The position numbers and the translations under genes were made by a program. 55,542 bases of DNA from a bacterium (GTDB lineage: Bacteria; Patescibacteriota; 4484-211; GCA-002791395). Positions 1 through 11,653 of the stretch are shown piece after piece. Below the pieces are notes generated by a model. The model was not told the origin of the DNA. It searched no databases and saw only the letters and a list, made by a program, of their open reading frames with translations. Positions within the stretch are counted from its first letter, which is position 1. Each line of letters opens with the position of its first letter. The stretch lies in NCBI GenBank assembly GCA_027002475.1, contig JALWZS010000018.1:1093-56634 (forward strand). The letters are read 5' to 3'.

Positions 1-504
1 GACTCGCTGGGCAACTGGAAATATACAATTAGTGGATTTAAGCTGATGCCTGGTAGCTATACGGTTTTTGCGACGACGGTTGATAAAGAGACGGCAATAC
101 TAAGCGCTATGAGCAATATTTATCACTTTAGTGTTGACGCGAAGTCTATGCGTATTGGATTTTGGGTAATTCCTTGTTGGTGGGCTGCTGCGCTTTTAAT
201 TGGGTTAATAATCTTGCTCGTACTACTAATTATTTGGCTAATTGCTTGGTATAAACGAAGGAAACGCAAACAAGTTGAAGAACTTAAAGAACTTGAGCAA
301 CTTGTGCACAAGGAGTTTGATGATATTGAGGAAGAGGTTGAAGATGAGCTGGCTACTACTCTTCATGAACATGGTACTCATAAACGAGCAGAAATAGAGA
401 AAGGATTTGAGGAAGAGGTCGACAAACTGCTTGCCAAAGAAGAGAAAAAGATTATTCGTGAAATAGATAAGATAATTGCAGAAGACGAAGAAGATAAGAA
501 GTAG
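1..504 (+). CDS. 5'-truncated membrane-anchored protein (beta-rich/Ig-like end, one TM helix, charged cytoplasmic tail)
   Basis: Frame is open from base 1 (DSLGNWKYTISG...) through the 46..504 ORF; hydrophobic stretch WWAAALLIGLIILLVLLIIWLIAW followed by KRRKRK. Confidence 0.75.
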   Translation, partial: DSLGNWKYTISGFKLMPGSYTVFATTVDKETAILSAMSNIYHFSVDAKSMRIGFWVIPCWWAAALLIGLIILLVLLIIWLIAWYKRRKRKQVEELKELEQLVHKEFDDIEEEVEDELATTLHEHGTHKRAEIEKGFEEEVDKLLAKEEKKIIREIDKIIAEDEEDKK

Positions 505-668
505 ACAGTTTTAGCCGTTACATCAAGCCAATCCCCTATTTTACTGGGACTTTAACTGTGTATTTTTTAAGGTGTGTTTTTGCCTGTTCTGTAGCCATCT
601 TCGAGCAGCGCGTTTTTAGGGAAATCCTTTGTGTGGCGCGCTAAAAGTGCTATATTTGAATATAAGTA

Positions 669-3524
669 ATGTTATCTGCTCAAAAGTGCGTTAAAACTCT
701 GAAAAGGCTTACACGACAAGGTTTTCGAATTATACTTGTTTGGCTATTTGCTGCAATTTTGTTTGTCCCATCTAATTCGACTGCTGCAATCAATTATATT
801 TTTACTGTTCAAGGTAAGGTTGTAAATACAGATGGTACGAATGTAACCGATGGTCTTTATGATTTTGTGTTTACTTTTTATGACGGGGCAGGCTCAGGTG
901 CGAATACTTTAGCAACAGAATCATGGACGTCAGGTGCACTTTTTAGTTCAACAATGACTACAGCGCCAGCAAGCGGTGGAGAGTCCCTTGTTTACTCATC
1001 AGATACAAACGAGAGTACGCTGTCGGTTGGGCAAACGTTATGGAATATTACAAAAGCGGAGCCAGTGACAATTACATCTGTTGATACCGCCACAAACACT
1101 TTGGGAATATCCCCTACTCGGCAGGCTTGGGCTACTACCGATACGATTACAAACAGAATTTATGTAAAAGACGGAATTTTCCGTGTAAATGTTGGTACTT
1201 TGACCGATTTGTCTAGCATAGATTTCAACTCTGGTGCGGTTTATGTTGGGACAAACTTTAATAGTGATGGTGAGATGAAACCACGCGTGCAACTAGGTGC
1301 CGCCCCATACGCCTTAAACGCTGGAAAGGTCAATGGGCTTAACGTGACAGAAACGACTGGGACACTGACAATTCCTAATGGTCAAACAATTACGTTTTCA
1401 GGGGCAAATGACCTTACGTTAACTACAACTGCTGATACAAATGCGACTTTGCCTGCTGGGAATGTAACCTTAGTGGATACTGCTTCCTCTCAAACACTAA
1501 CAAACAAAACGGTTGGGAGTACGGGGCTGTCCTTTTCTGGCGCTTCAGTCGATATACAAGCAGCTAGTGGAGAAGGAATTGTAATTGTTGGAAACGCGGC
1601 TTCGTCGTTTGAAACTACCGCAGGTGGAATTAGTTTAAAGCCTGCTGGTAGTAGTACAACCGGTGTAGTGCAAATCGGTGATGGTGGGGCAGGTTCAACC
1701 ACGCCTGATATTTTAGCGCTTGATGTGAAAAGCGATGCGGGAGACCCAGCCGGTGCAAATGGATACATGTACTATAATGCCGCTTCAGGTACTTTTAGGT
1801 GTTATCAAGCAGGCGCTTGGGGTGATTGTGGAGTTGGCGGTGGTGGTGGGAGTGGATTATTTTCTGATGGTGGAACATTCATCTATCCAACTAATCAGAC
1901 CAACGACTTTGTGTTAGGTGCAAGCACTGTAGCCGACGCGTCATTGTATTTTGATGAAAGTGCAGGTACGTTGTATCTTGGAACAAACGAGGTGCTTGAT
2001 GGTGGGATAACATTTTACTCCTCCGGCACCGGCATCACAGACCCAACAATCTCAACTAATAGCTCTGGAGACTTGAACATCGATGCTGTAAATGGGCTTG
2101 TTAGTTTGAGTGGTTCAAGCATAGAAGATGTAACGGTTTACGTTGATGCAGACACAAAGTTGTCGATAGAAGCGACTGCAATTCCAACAGAAAACTTTGT
2201 TGATATAACTAATGCTGGATTTGGAGTAACGACCTCATCTGTTAATGGTTTGGCTGTTAACTATGCGCAATCAACTAATGCAGCGGCAATTAGTGGTGCA
2301 GGTATAGATGTAACAGTTTCTCCCTCTGGTGATGCTACAGATACGATAAGCGGGCTTAATGTCAACGCGATTACTGGGACGTCGTCTACTGAGTACGGAA
2401 TTAAAGTTGGGACAGGCTTTGACTATGGCTTGTATGTCCAAACTCTTTCTAACTACATTGCTGGACTTACCATGGGTGGGAACTTAGATTTAGACGGAAA
2501 CTCAATTCTTTTGGATTCTGATGGAAACAGCTCAATTTCAGCAAGTAATAACGATCAAATCGATTTTGCCATAAATGGTGCTAGCGAATTAACACTTACA
2601 GCAACGGCACTGTATCCATCGACTGACCTTGGGCTTGATCTTGGAACAACAAGCAACTACTGGAATGATTTATATCTAAATGGTGGCACAATTCACTTTA
2701 AGGATACTTCTCCTGCAACGTTTGGTTACGATTCAACAAACGATCAATTTGTCTTTGATGCTAATGGTGATTCTGTTACCGATGCAATTATTAGCTCTAA
2801 CGGTTTAACCTTAGGATCTAGTGTTAACACGACCACATTTGTAGATGTCTCTGCGGCAACGACTGCTAAGTCGCAACTACATTTGACGTCTTCGGCGGGC
2901 ACTGATGTTTCTTCTCCCGCGAATGGCGATCTTTGGTGGAATGGTACTAATTTATACTTTTACGACGGTACAAACAATATCGACTTACTTGGGTTTGAGG
3001 TAAAAGGGAATAAAACCACGGTTCTTAGTCCGCAATATCCTGGTGCAGTAACCTCACCAGATGGTTCCAGTAACAATGTCGATATTCTTTATGGTATGGA
3101 CGTAATAAGTAACTATTATGAAAACTATATGCATATCGAAGGGAACAGAAATAACCAAGATATGGATGTTTATATCAAGTGGAAGGTTCCAGATAACTTT
3201 ACTGGTTTTCAATCAGGCACAAATGAGGCGTTAGTTATTGACTTACTAACGTCAACTACAGATACAGCTCAGTCTAAGGTCGATGTGTATTTATACAAAG
3301 ATGGCACGACAACGAGTTCAAGTATGCTAGATAACGTTGGTACAGCAGCTGATACTTGGTACACCTACAAACAAGGTAATGCATTAATTGGTTTTGATGA
3401 AACGGACACTGTTTTATCAAGCTTATCTGCTGGGGATATCTTGGTTATTCGCTTGTATCACTTTGTTGATAACGGTGACTACACACGAACTGGCGATATC
3501 ACAATTCATTGGAAGAGTAATTAA
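669..3524 (+). CDS. large secreted S/T/G-rich surface fibre/adhesin-like protein (951 aa)
   Basis: Signal peptide-like N-terminus; PRVQLGAAPYALNA motif; fibre-like beta repeats such as NGYMYYNAASGTFRCY and NGDLWWNGTNLYFYDG. Confidence 0.75.
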   Translation: MLSAQKCVKTLKRLTRQGFRIILVWLFAAILFVPSNSTAAINYIFTVQGKVVNTDGTNVTDGLYDFVFTFYDGAGSGANTLATESWTSGALFSSTMTTAPASGGESLVYSSDTNESTLSVGQTLWNITKAEPVTITSVDTATNTLGISPTRQAWATTDTITNRIYVKDGIFRVNVGTLTDLSSIDFNSGAVYVGTNFNSDGEMKPRVQLGAAPYALNAGKVNGLNVTETTGTLTIPNGQTITFSGANDLTLTTTADTNATLPAGNVTLVDTASSQTLTNKTVGSTGLSFSGASVDIQAASGEGIVIVGNAASSFETTAGGISLKPAGSSTTGVVQIGDGGAGSTTPDILALDVKSDAGDPAGANGYMYYNAASGTFRCYQAGAWGDCGVGGGGGSGLFSDGGTFIYPTNQTNDFVLGASTVADASLYFDESAGTLYLGTNEVLDGGITFYSSGTGITDPTISTNSSGDLNIDAVNGLVSLSGSSIEDVTVYVDADTKLSIEATAIPTENFVDITNAGFGVTTSSVNGLAVNYAQSTNAAAISGAGIDVTVSPSGDATDTISGLNVNAITGTSSTEYGIKVGTGFDYGLYVQTLSNYIAGLTMGGNLDLDGNSILLDSDGNSSISASNNDQIDFAINGASELTLTATALYPSTDLGLDLGTTSNYWNDLYLNGGTIHFKDTSPATFGYDSTNDQFVFDANGDSVTDAIISSNGLTLGSSVNTTTFVDVSAATTAKSQLHLTSSAGTDVSSPANGDLWWNGTNLYFYDGTNNIDLLGFEVKGNKTTVLSPQYPGAVTSPDGSSNNVDILYGMDVISNYYENYMHIEGNRNNQDMDVYIKWKVPDNFTGFQSGTNEALVIDLLTSTTDTAQSKVDVYLYKDGTTTSSSMLDNVGTAADTWYTYKQGNALIGFDETDTVLSSLSAGDILVIRLYHFVDNGDYTRTGDITIHWKSN

Positions 3525-3527
3525 TCT

Positions 3528-6500
3528 ATGAGAGTTTTTATAGAAGATATACTAGCGAAACGATTATTTTTAGCGGCTCTATTTTTATTACTTGCTGGTT
3601 TAACAATTACCAGCTATGTTTTTGTACTTCCTTCGCCCACGAAAGAGGTTCCAGTATCCTTAAGACGTGAAACTCAGTTTCCTGTTCGATTGGTAAGGGT
3701 TGATTCTAGTGGTGAAAGTAGCGTTTTGGGTGCAAGTGAGGTTATTACAAGTTCTTTTGGCGATAAGGTGCTTGATAAGGTTGTTCCATTTATTATCTCC
3801 GTAAAAGATAACTTTAAATCTGTTGAGATGCCAACGTTTAGGGCTGAGGCTTATATGAAAAATGAAGAGCTGGCTAAAATCACTACTGTAAAGGATTCAT
3901 TTGGGGCAAAAAAGGACGCTAAGGTTAGTGTTGATAATGACGGGATATACAAAAAACTAACATTAAATTTTGACACATCGTTTAGACCTGGTCTTTATAC
4001 CCTTGATTTAGATTTGGGGGATGGAAAGCATATACAGCAAGATTTTACTTGGGGAGTTTTGGCTATTAACACCGACAAATCCAGTTATTCTATTGGCAAC
4101 GTAGCTAATCTATCGTTTGCTGTTTTAGACGACAAGGGTGAAATGGTTTGTGATGCAGTCCTAACTCTTAATGTGAGTTTTCCTAACGGTGAGAGCATAG
4201 AACTAACAACCGTTGACGGCTCAATAACGGTCAATCCGCAATGCAAAAGTTACAAAATGAGTTTAGAGCCTGACTATAGCGCGCGTCTTCCGCTAAAAGA
4301 ATCTGGAGAGTACAAACTAAAACTAACTGCCACTACTGCAAATGGAGTGCGTTTTATTGAAGATGGCTTTTTGGTAAGCGACGCTCCCCTATTAGTCTCT
4401 TTAACCCGTGAAGCACCAACAAGAATTTACCCGTACAACAGATATCCTGTTAGATTAAAGCTTAAATCAAATAGTAAGTTCGTTGGAAAAATAATAGATT
4501 TTGTACCAAACGGTTTTAAGGTTTTCCCGAGTGTTGATAGTAGTAGTGAATTTAGCGTTTCTAGCCTAGACTCAGAGCGCAAAAGTATAACGTGGCAAGT
4601 TAATCTTGATGCCAACAAAGAAGTAATTTTAAGCTACGAATTTGAAGCGCCTAAGATCTCGCCATACTTTTTCTTATTAGGAAAAGCTAGGGCTTTGAGC
4701 TTGAATAACGGAGAAAGTAAGCTAATGACAGAAGAAGGACGCTTTTGGCAGATAGCGGTTGATGCGTTGGGTGATATTGGGGTGTATCGTGAATCAACTG
4801 GTGGGCAAGCTCTAACGACTAGCGTTAGCAATCAAACTTGGGATACAACGGTTGCTCAAGGAGCGGCTTTTACAATAGATCCAGGTGGATCTGGTCGGCA
4901 TATTATCGATCTAGCAGACGCAGGGCACTACTTTGTAACTTACAGTATCGGTTGGCAAACGAGTGGCGGAACTTATCGAAGTGAACAACAAGGTGTTATT
5001 AACTTAGCTGGTACAAGTTTAGCTTATGGTCGCTCTAGCTGTTACATTCGAAGAACGGCTGGAGCTGATGAGTGTTGGACCTCAGGAAGCGCAATAATTG
5101 ATGCTGCATCCGGAGATGATCTTATTATTCAAGCATATAGAACGGATAGTAATACTGCTGCTGGTGTTTCCAGAATGAGCGATGAGAGCGGATTGATGCT
5201 TGTTAAGCTAGAAGACTCTTGGGACTTTGCTCGGGTTCAAGAGGCAGGTGGCGGACAAGCGTTTAATTCAACAACTTTTGCGGCTGTAACCTTTGACACA
5301 AACGACGAAACCAGCACCGGAATTACTCATAGTACAACCCTAAACACCGACAGAATTATTCTTGCAAACACGGGACATTACTTAGTTACTGCTAATGTGA
5401 TGTTTAGAAATGCATCTGGAAGTGCTCGGCGTAATGAGGAGATGCGCTTAACGCTTAACGGTACCGAGATACCTGGTACAAGGACATCAGCATATCTTCG
5501 TGGGAGTAATAGCACTCAAGATCATACTGCATCATTTACTGGGATTATTGAAACAACATCTGCTAATGCCATTCTTCGAGTTGAGGCTGCCTGTGAGGGG
5601 GAAGCTTGTGGAGGGGTAACAAATGTTGGTGGCCAAACCGGTATCACTGTTGCTAAACTTCCTGATGTTGCTGAGTATTTGCGGTTACATGAAGCTACAG
5701 GAGGGCAAGACATCGATGCAATACAAGATCCAATTACATGGGATACCGATGATGAGGTAGATTCCGCTAGTTTTTCACATAGTTCTAACGCTTCTTCGTT
5801 TTCAATAATTCGAGCGGGTAACTACATTTTCTTTGGTTCTTTTTACGCTGACAGAACATCAACAACAAATGGTACTCGAGCATATCCGCATTGGGATTGG
5901 CATAAAGGTGGATCAACAGTTATTCCATATGGTAGTTTTGGAAAATATAATCGTGGTGATCAGTCAACAACTGGAACATTTTCTTCTGGTGATTCGGGAG
6001 CGATTGTATTAGATGGTTTAAGCTCTGGGGATACGATTGAGTTGTTAAATACCGATGAAACTTCCGGAACAACTAACACAACTGGGCAATTTATAGGTGG
6101 TCGTTACGCTGTCCAAGGGGTGCGCATTGCTTCCCTATTCCCTATTCCTGAGACAACGCAGTTGCACTACAGATGGCGTGATGATTCGACTGCACTTAAT
6201 ACAAACGGTGGTTGGGTTGCGAGCGAGGATAATGATGAAACCACTGCTATAGATAGAAACACTACAAGAAGAGTTAGGCTAGAGATAGCTAACACTGGAA
6301 CAGCTGCGCAAACTGCGGCTAAGACATACGAGTTGCAGTGGGGGCGAATTCAAGGTAATGGCTCTTGCTCGACTATCGCTACTTGGACAGGCGTAGATGA
6401 TGCTAGCGACGATATTGATTTAGTTGATTCTACACAAATTACTGATGGAGCATCGACTTCTGCGTTATTATCTAACACCGAAGGTTACTCATTTGTGGCA

Positions 6501-9500
6501 GGTGAAGGTAAGGATACTTCCGATACAACATCGGCAATTGGTCCACTGGGTACTTCTTCATATACAGAGCTAGAGTACGCTATTCGTCCAACAAACAGTG
6601 CTGTCACTGGGGCAACTTATTGCTTTAGGGTGGTAGATACAACGTCGTCAACAACTCTTGATTTATATAGTGTTTACCCAACACTAACACTTTCAAGTCA
6701 AACTGTAGATGTTCCTGCGCTTGAGTGGGGTTCACAAAGTAACGTGTCTGATACTGCATGGACAACCATCAATTTTACAAACAGATTTGTTAATCCTGTC
6801 TTTGTTTGCTCGGTAAATTATGCCAATAATATTGGCAATGAGCCTGACGGAGATGCAGATGCAACGGTTTGTCGTGTGCAAAATGTGACTGCAACAAGTG
6901 CACAGGTTAGGCTTCAAGAGCCTGGTACTACTTCTAATTCTTTAGCCAACGCAGAAACGGTCTATTGGATGGTTGCTGGAGAAGGGGCTTACAATACGCC
7001 TGATATTAAGTTCGAAGCGTTTACTTACACCTCTACTGTCACTGATAGGTCTTCGTCTTGGGTTGGGCAAGCTCAAACCTATTCTCAAAGTTATACAAAT
7101 CCTGTTGTTTTTGGGCAGGTTATGAGTTACAACGACACGAATTGGTCTATTTTTTGGGCTCATGATGGTTCACGTAACCCGCCGTCTAGCACTTCTTTGT
7201 ACACAGGTAAACATGTTGGGCAAGATACAAACACAACTAGGGCAGACGAAACTATTGGCGTAATCGTTATTGAGAAAAAACACGGTACTCTTGGCAGCTA
7301 TACGTATGATGCGGGTGTAAGTCCAACCCAGGTTGATAGGATTGATGACACACCACCTGATAATGCTTCACTTGTGAGTGCGTTCTCAACGGCTCCTACA
7401 ATTGCGCTGGTTGCGGAGACCGGTGTTAACGGTGGCGATGGTCCATTTCCTGTTGTGTATGGGACTTCTCCATTTGCAACTAGTACTGTTGCTTTAGCGA
7501 TTGATGAGGATGAAATTGCTGATGGCGAGATGAGTGGAGCTAGAGAAGAAGTCGCTTTACTGGCTTTTGATAGTGCAGGTAGCTATAGCAGTACGAGAGC
7601 GTTAGATCAGCTTTCTTACCGAATTTACCAAAACACTGATTCTCTGCAGCCATCGACAGCACTAGCATCTGAAAATACACCTGCTAGTAATATCTCTAGA
7701 GATGACGTTATTCGCTTACGAATGTCTGTCCAAGTCGGAGAAAGGGCGTTAAAAGCCAATGAGAGTTCGTTTAGACTTCAATATGGTCAAGGTTCTACTT
7801 GTTCGAGTATAACTAGTTGGACGGATGTCGGTGGAGTATCAAGTGATTCTGTGTGGCGAGGATACGATAACTCAACACCTAACGATGGCGATACAATAAC
7901 ATCGTCACTTCTTGATGGGGGTAGTAACGTTTTAGAAAGTTATGAAGAAGAGAACTCTTCTTCGTATAACCCAAACGCAATAAATGTTGGGCAACAGGGC
8001 GAATGGGATTTTGTCGTGCAGCATAATGGAGCCGATGCAGGCAGAGATTATTGTTTTAGGATGGTTCAAGATAATGGTTCAACGTTTGCATACACTCGCT
8101 ACCCACAATTAACAACGACTTCTGGCATTACTATTTCTGGAACATGTACAGACTTTGATGAAGTAACTGCATGTCCTGATGGACAGACTGTTAGGTTTGC
8201 GATAAATGGTCACTTAGAGGCACAGACTGCAACTACTTCTTCTGGCACATGGACAATAAATTATGTAAATACACCAAGCAGTGGAGATGTGATAACTGTA
8301 TTTTTAGATGGTGTTGCAGATGCTAACGAGGCTAATGCAGTAACAAAATATGACGGTACTGGAGATATTACAGGAATTAAGTTAATTGAGGAGCATCTAA
8401 CAATTGGTAGTGACGATAATCAAGTTTTGTCTAATGTGTATTTAGGCTCATTTGATAACTCTGTTTCTTCTGATGAAGACATATTCTTTGACGTAGATGC
8501 AAATAACGATTTAGTAGTTGATTCGCTGTCCCAATCAACTCAAGAAGAACTTTATATATTAGCAAGTAATACGTATAGACCGGACTCTAGTAACTCAGGG
8601 AATATAACGACTTTTTCTATTGAGAACAACGGAACACTAACTCTTGATGGAAATACTTTAACAATTGAAGGGAGCGGAACACCATTCACTCAAAATGGAA
8701 CATTTAATTCCGATACATCAACGGTTTCTTATACAAACTCGAGCTTAGCAAACATTACAGCTTTGACTTATTATAATCTTGATTTCTCCCCTACTTCGGG
8801 CACCCCTTCATATACATTGCTTAGTGGGGCTTTTACAGTGAATAATTTGAGTATTGCAGGGACAGGCAACGCGTCCGTTGATGCTTCGGTAAATAATCCT
8901 GCTATTGATGTTAATGGGGACTTTAGTATTGGCGCAGGAGATACGTTTACTGCGTCGTCTAGCGCTAGCCTTACGATAGCTGGAAACTTTACTAACAATG
9001 GGACTTTTAGTGCTAATTCTGGGACTGTTACCTTCGATGATGCAAGCAAAACGAGCACGCTTCTTTATTCTGCTGCAACTAGCTTTTATAACTTTTCTAT
9101 GACCACAGCAGGTAAAACATTGCAGTTTGATAACGTTGACGAGACGGTAATTTTAGCTGGTGGCAGCTTTGTAATTCAAGGCACTAGTTGTGGAAGCATA
9201 GATGCTGTTATTACGAGTGACGACGGAACAAATCAGTTTGAGCTAAATATTGACTCAACGGCGACAACAAACATAGATTTTGCCGATATTTCGTTTATGA
9301 ACGCAACTGGTAGTGCCATTACAGCCGATCAGTCTAATGATTCTGGCAGTAACACCAACGTTACCTTTGCAAACTCTTGTTTACCTCAAAAGATTGTATT
9401 TACTAATGCTTCTAGAACGTTAACCGCTGGAGCATGCAATGGTAGCGCTAATGTCTTTGTAGCTCAGTTGCAAAATAACGAAGGAACTCCAAGAGCACCA

Positions 9501-11639
9501 AGCGCAAATACCGTTATTCGAATGAGTTCAAACTCTCCTGATTACACGGTGTATTCTGATGATACTTGTTCGACTACTGCTACTAATGGCGATTTTACGT
9601 ACACAAACGCAGACAGTACTAAAAATGTGTACATTATTGATAATAGAAAAAGTGTTCCTACTTGGACTTTAACTGCAAGTAAACAAAGTGGTCCAGAAAC
9701 AATAACAGACGGGACGCAAGATTACACGGTAGATCCAGGCAATGTCGCCTATCTTGTTATCACCTTACCTGGAGAGACGTTTACAGATGGGGTTGGTAAC
9801 TCAGGCACTCCTGATCTTAACGGTGCGAATTCAGGCAATAACGCAATTGCTGGGCTTAGCTTCGACTTAGTTTCTATTTCAGCTATTGATGTAAATTACA
9901 ATGTTGTTGATTCGTACTCTGGTACAAAAAACCTTAGTTGGCAGAGTGGGACTAATTACCCTGCTAACGCTCCGAATGGTGCTTCCCCTAGTTACCCACT
10001 AAGCGCATCTTTTGCAAATGGGCAAGCGACTCTTAACCTTTCTGTTACTCTTTATGATGCTACTTTAGGCGACGCGGATCCTACAATTGCGTTAGCTGTT
10101 GACGACTCTGATGATGCGGGCGATTTTACTCTTGACTCAACGGAGTTTAGCGTTGAGCCAGATGTTATAAATAGTTACTCTGTTTCTGTTACTACGCCAC
10201 AAACTGCAGGAACGTGCTTTACAGGGACAAATACAATAACTGCCCTTGATCAGTACGAGAATATTAGGACCTCTGATGCTTCAACGGTTAACATGACTAC
10301 AAATGGTCAAAGTATTAATTTTTATACTGACAACACTTGTACAACTACCACCACGCAATACACTTTAACCTCTGGGAGTAGCAATTTGTATGCAATGACA
10401 ACTAAAAAGCAGTCTGGTTTCACAATCACGGCAACAAGAGATGGTGGGACGGAGTCTGGGACGTCAGGTGCAATAACAGTTGACCCTGCAAGTGCTAATG
10501 CAATTCTTGTTGTTTTACCAGGGCAAACTTTTACCGATGGAACAGGCGTTAGTGGTGCAACAAACTTTAGTGGTCTTCGTTCTCCTGATGCAACTGCAGG
10601 AATCGCCTTTAGTGTGGATCTAAAAGCAGTTGATGCGTACAACAACCTTGTTGACTCAGGCACGAACAACTACACAGGTAGTAAAACTATTGATTTTTCT
10701 AACTCTACTGCTGGCAATGCGCCTGATACTACTTCCCCATCTTTTCCATCAAGTCCCATCTCTTTTACAAATGGGGAGGCAAATGGGCTAAGCATCACTT
10801 ACTATAACGCGGCTACTTCAAGAGATGTTAAGGCGGATGATACTGCAACGCCTGTTAGCGGAAGTATCTCAACTAGTTTTGATGTATTGGCTAATAGTGT
10901 TTCTCAGTACGGTGTCGTGCCGACCAGTTACACACAAACAGCAGGAGTTGCATTTAACATCGATGTTATTGCTTGGGATGATTGGGAGAATGAGCTTGGT
11001 TCACTTTATACTGCGCCTTCTGGAACCTATGGGTGGACAACAACTGCCTCCGATGCTCCAGACACGACATCTCCTGTAATTGGAACACTAGTTCAGTCAG
11101 ATTTTACTAATGGGACGGCGACTAAGTCGGTTACTCTTTATAAAGCAGAAACGGGTGTAACTTTTGCGGCAATGGATCCCTCAAGTAGTGTAACTGGTAC
11201 TTCAAGTGCAATTACGGTTAATCCTGGTGATGTATCGGCAGATACTAATGATTCGTATTTTGTGATAGCAAATAGTGCACGAGCAACTCAAGTGGTACCG
11301 CTTACAATCACTCTTAGGGATACATGGAGAAATCCTGTTTCTGGTGTGCCTTTTAGCGATATTACAATAAATGCGACGCCTACCGCTACGATAACTCAAC
11401 CTTCGAGTAATACAGACTCAAACGGGCAAACAACAGGATCTATTTCATGGAGCGATGAAGGAGTTAAGACGGTAACCATTGGAATTGGAGGTGGTACGAG
11501 CTTAGTTCAAGATAATGGCGTTAGCGCTGATGCGGATGGGCTTTTGGATGATACGCATGACGTAGATGTGAAGTTTAAGGTTCAGGTGCATATTGAAGGA
11601 GGCGTAAATCTTAATGATGGTGTTCAATTGGCGCCGTAA
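3528..11639 (+). CDS. giant multidomain surface protein (2703 aa) with C1q-like, lectin-like and Ig-like repeats
   Basis: N-terminal TM; repeated 'TW/FDT...AG/TGHY.VT' modules; a duplicated 'Y.W/I..D...E.....RLR....F.LQ(W/Y)G...CS.I..WT.V' module; C-terminal invasin-type Ig signatures (ITLRDTWRNPVSG, TDSNGQ). Confidence 0.8.
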   Translation: MRVFIEDILAKRLFLAALFLLLAGLTITSYVFVLPSPTKEVPVSLRRETQFPVRLVRVDSSGESSVLGASEVITSSFGDKVLDKVVPFIISVKDNFKSVEMPTFRAEAYMKNEELAKITTVKDSFGAKKDAKVSVDNDGIYKKLTLNFDTSFRPGLYTLDLDLGDGKHIQQDFTWGVLAINTDKSSYSIGNVANLSFAVLDDKGEMVCDAVLTLNVSFPNGESIELTTVDGSITVNPQCKSYKMSLEPDYSARLPLKESGEYKLKLTATTANGVRFIEDGFLVSDAPLLVSLTREAPTRIYPYNRYPVRLKLKSNSKFVGKIIDFVPNGFKVFPSVDSSSEFSVSSLDSERKSITWQVNLDANKEVILSYEFEAPKISPYFFLLGKARALSLNNGESKLMTEEGRFWQIAVDALGDIGVYRESTGGQALTTSVSNQTWDTTVAQGAAFTIDPGGSGRHIIDLADAGHYFVTYSIGWQTSGGTYRSEQQGVINLAGTSLAYGRSSCYIRRTAGADECWTSGSAIIDAASGDDLIIQAYRTDSNTAAGVSRMSDESGLMLVKLEDSWDFARVQEAGGGQAFNSTTFAAVTFDTNDETSTGITHSTTLNTDRIILANTGHYLVTANVMFRNASGSARRNEEMRLTLNGTEIPGTRTSAYLRGSNSTQDHTASFTGIIETTSANAILRVEAACEGEACGGVTNVGGQTGITVAKLPDVAEYLRLHEATGGQDIDAIQDPITWDTDDEVDSASFSHSSNASSFSIIRAGNYIFFGSFYADRTSTTNGTRAYPHWDWHKGGSTVIPYGSFGKYNRGDQSTTGTFSSGDSGAIVLDGLSSGDTIELLNTDETSGTTNTTGQFIGGRYAVQGVRIASLFPIPETTQLHYRWRDDSTALNTNGGWVASEDNDETTAIDRNTTRRVRLEIANTGTAAQTAAKTYELQWGRIQGNGSCSTIATWTGVDDASDDIDLVDSTQITDGASTSALLSNTEGYSFVAGEGKDTSDTTSAIGPLGTSSYTELEYAIRPTNSAVTGATYCFRVVDTTSSTTLDLYSVYPTLTLSSQTVDVPALEWGSQSNVSDTAWTTINFTNRFVNPVFVCSVNYANNIGNEPDGDADATVCRVQNVTATSAQVRLQEPGTTSNSLANAETVYWMVAGEGAYNTPDIKFEAFTYTSTVTDRSSSWVGQAQTYSQSYTNPVVFGQVMSYNDTNWSIFWAHDGSRNPPSSTSLYTGKHVGQDTNTTRADETIGVIVIEKKHGTLGSYTYDAGVSPTQVDRIDDTPPDNASLVSAFSTAPTIALVAETGVNGGDGPFPVVYGTSPFATSTVALAIDEDEIADGEMSGAREEVALLAFDSAGSYSSTRALDQLSYRIYQNTDSLQPSTALASENTPASNISRDDVIRLRMSVQVGERALKANESSFRLQYGQGSTCSSITSWTDVGGVSSDSVWRGYDNSTPNDGDTITSSLLDGGSNVLESYEEENSSSYNPNAINVGQQGEWDFVVQHNGADAGRDYCFRMVQDNGSTFAYTRYPQLTTTSGITISGTCTDFDEVTACPDGQTVRFAINGHLEAQTATTSSGTWTINYVNTPSSGDVITVFLDGVADANEANAVTKYDGTGDITGIKLIEEHLTIGSDDNQVLSNVYLGSFDNSVSSDEDIFFDVDANNDLVVDSLSQSTQEELYILASNTYRPDSSNSGNITTFSIENNGTLTLDGNTLTIEGSGTPFTQNGTFNSDTSTVSYTNSSLANITALTYYNLDFSPTSGTPSYTLLSGAFTVNNLSIAGTGNASVDASVNNPAIDVNGDFSIGAGDTFTASSSASLTIAGNFTNNGTFSANSGTVTFDDASKTSTLLYSAATSFYNFSMTTAGKTLQFDNVDETVILAGGSFVIQGTSCGSIDAVITSDDGTNQFELNIDSTATTNIDFADISFMNATGSAITADQSNDSGSNTNVTFANSCLPQKIVFTNASRTLTAGACNGSANVFVAQLQNNEGTPRAPSANTVIRMSSNSPDYTVYSDDTCSTTATNGDFTYTNADSTKNVYIIDNRKSVPTWTLTASKQSGPETITDGTQDYTVDPGNVAYLVITLPGETFTDGVGNSGTPDLNGANSGNNAIAGLSFDLVSISAIDVNYNVVDSYSGTKNLSWQSGTNYPANAPNGASPSYPLSASFANGQATLNLSVTLYDATLGDADPTIALAVDDSDDAGDFTLDSTEFSVEPDVINSYSVSVTTPQTAGTCFTGTNTITALDQYENIRTSDASTVNMTTNGQSINFYTDNTCTTTTTQYTLTSGSSNLYAMTTKKQSGFTITATRDGGTESGTSGAITVDPASANAILVVLPGQTFTDGTGVSGATNFSGLRSPDATAGIAFSVDLKAVDAYNNLVDSGTNNYTGSKTIDFSNSTAGNAPDTTSPSFPSSPISFTNGEANGLSITYYNAATSRDVKADDTATPVSGSISTSFDVLANSVSQYGVVPTSYTQTAGVAFNIDVIAWDDWENELGSLYTAPSGTYGWTTTASDAPDTTSPVIGTLVQSDFTNGTATKSVTLYKAETGVTFAAMDPSSSVTGTSSAITVNPGDVSADTNDSYFVIANSARATQVVPLTITLRDTWRNPVSGVPFSDITINATPTATITQPSSNTDSNGQTTGSISWSDEGVKTVTIGIGGGTSLVQDNGVSADADGLLDDTHDVDVKFKVQVHIEGGVNLNDGVQLAP

Positions 11640-11653
11640 TTGTGCTGTCTAAG

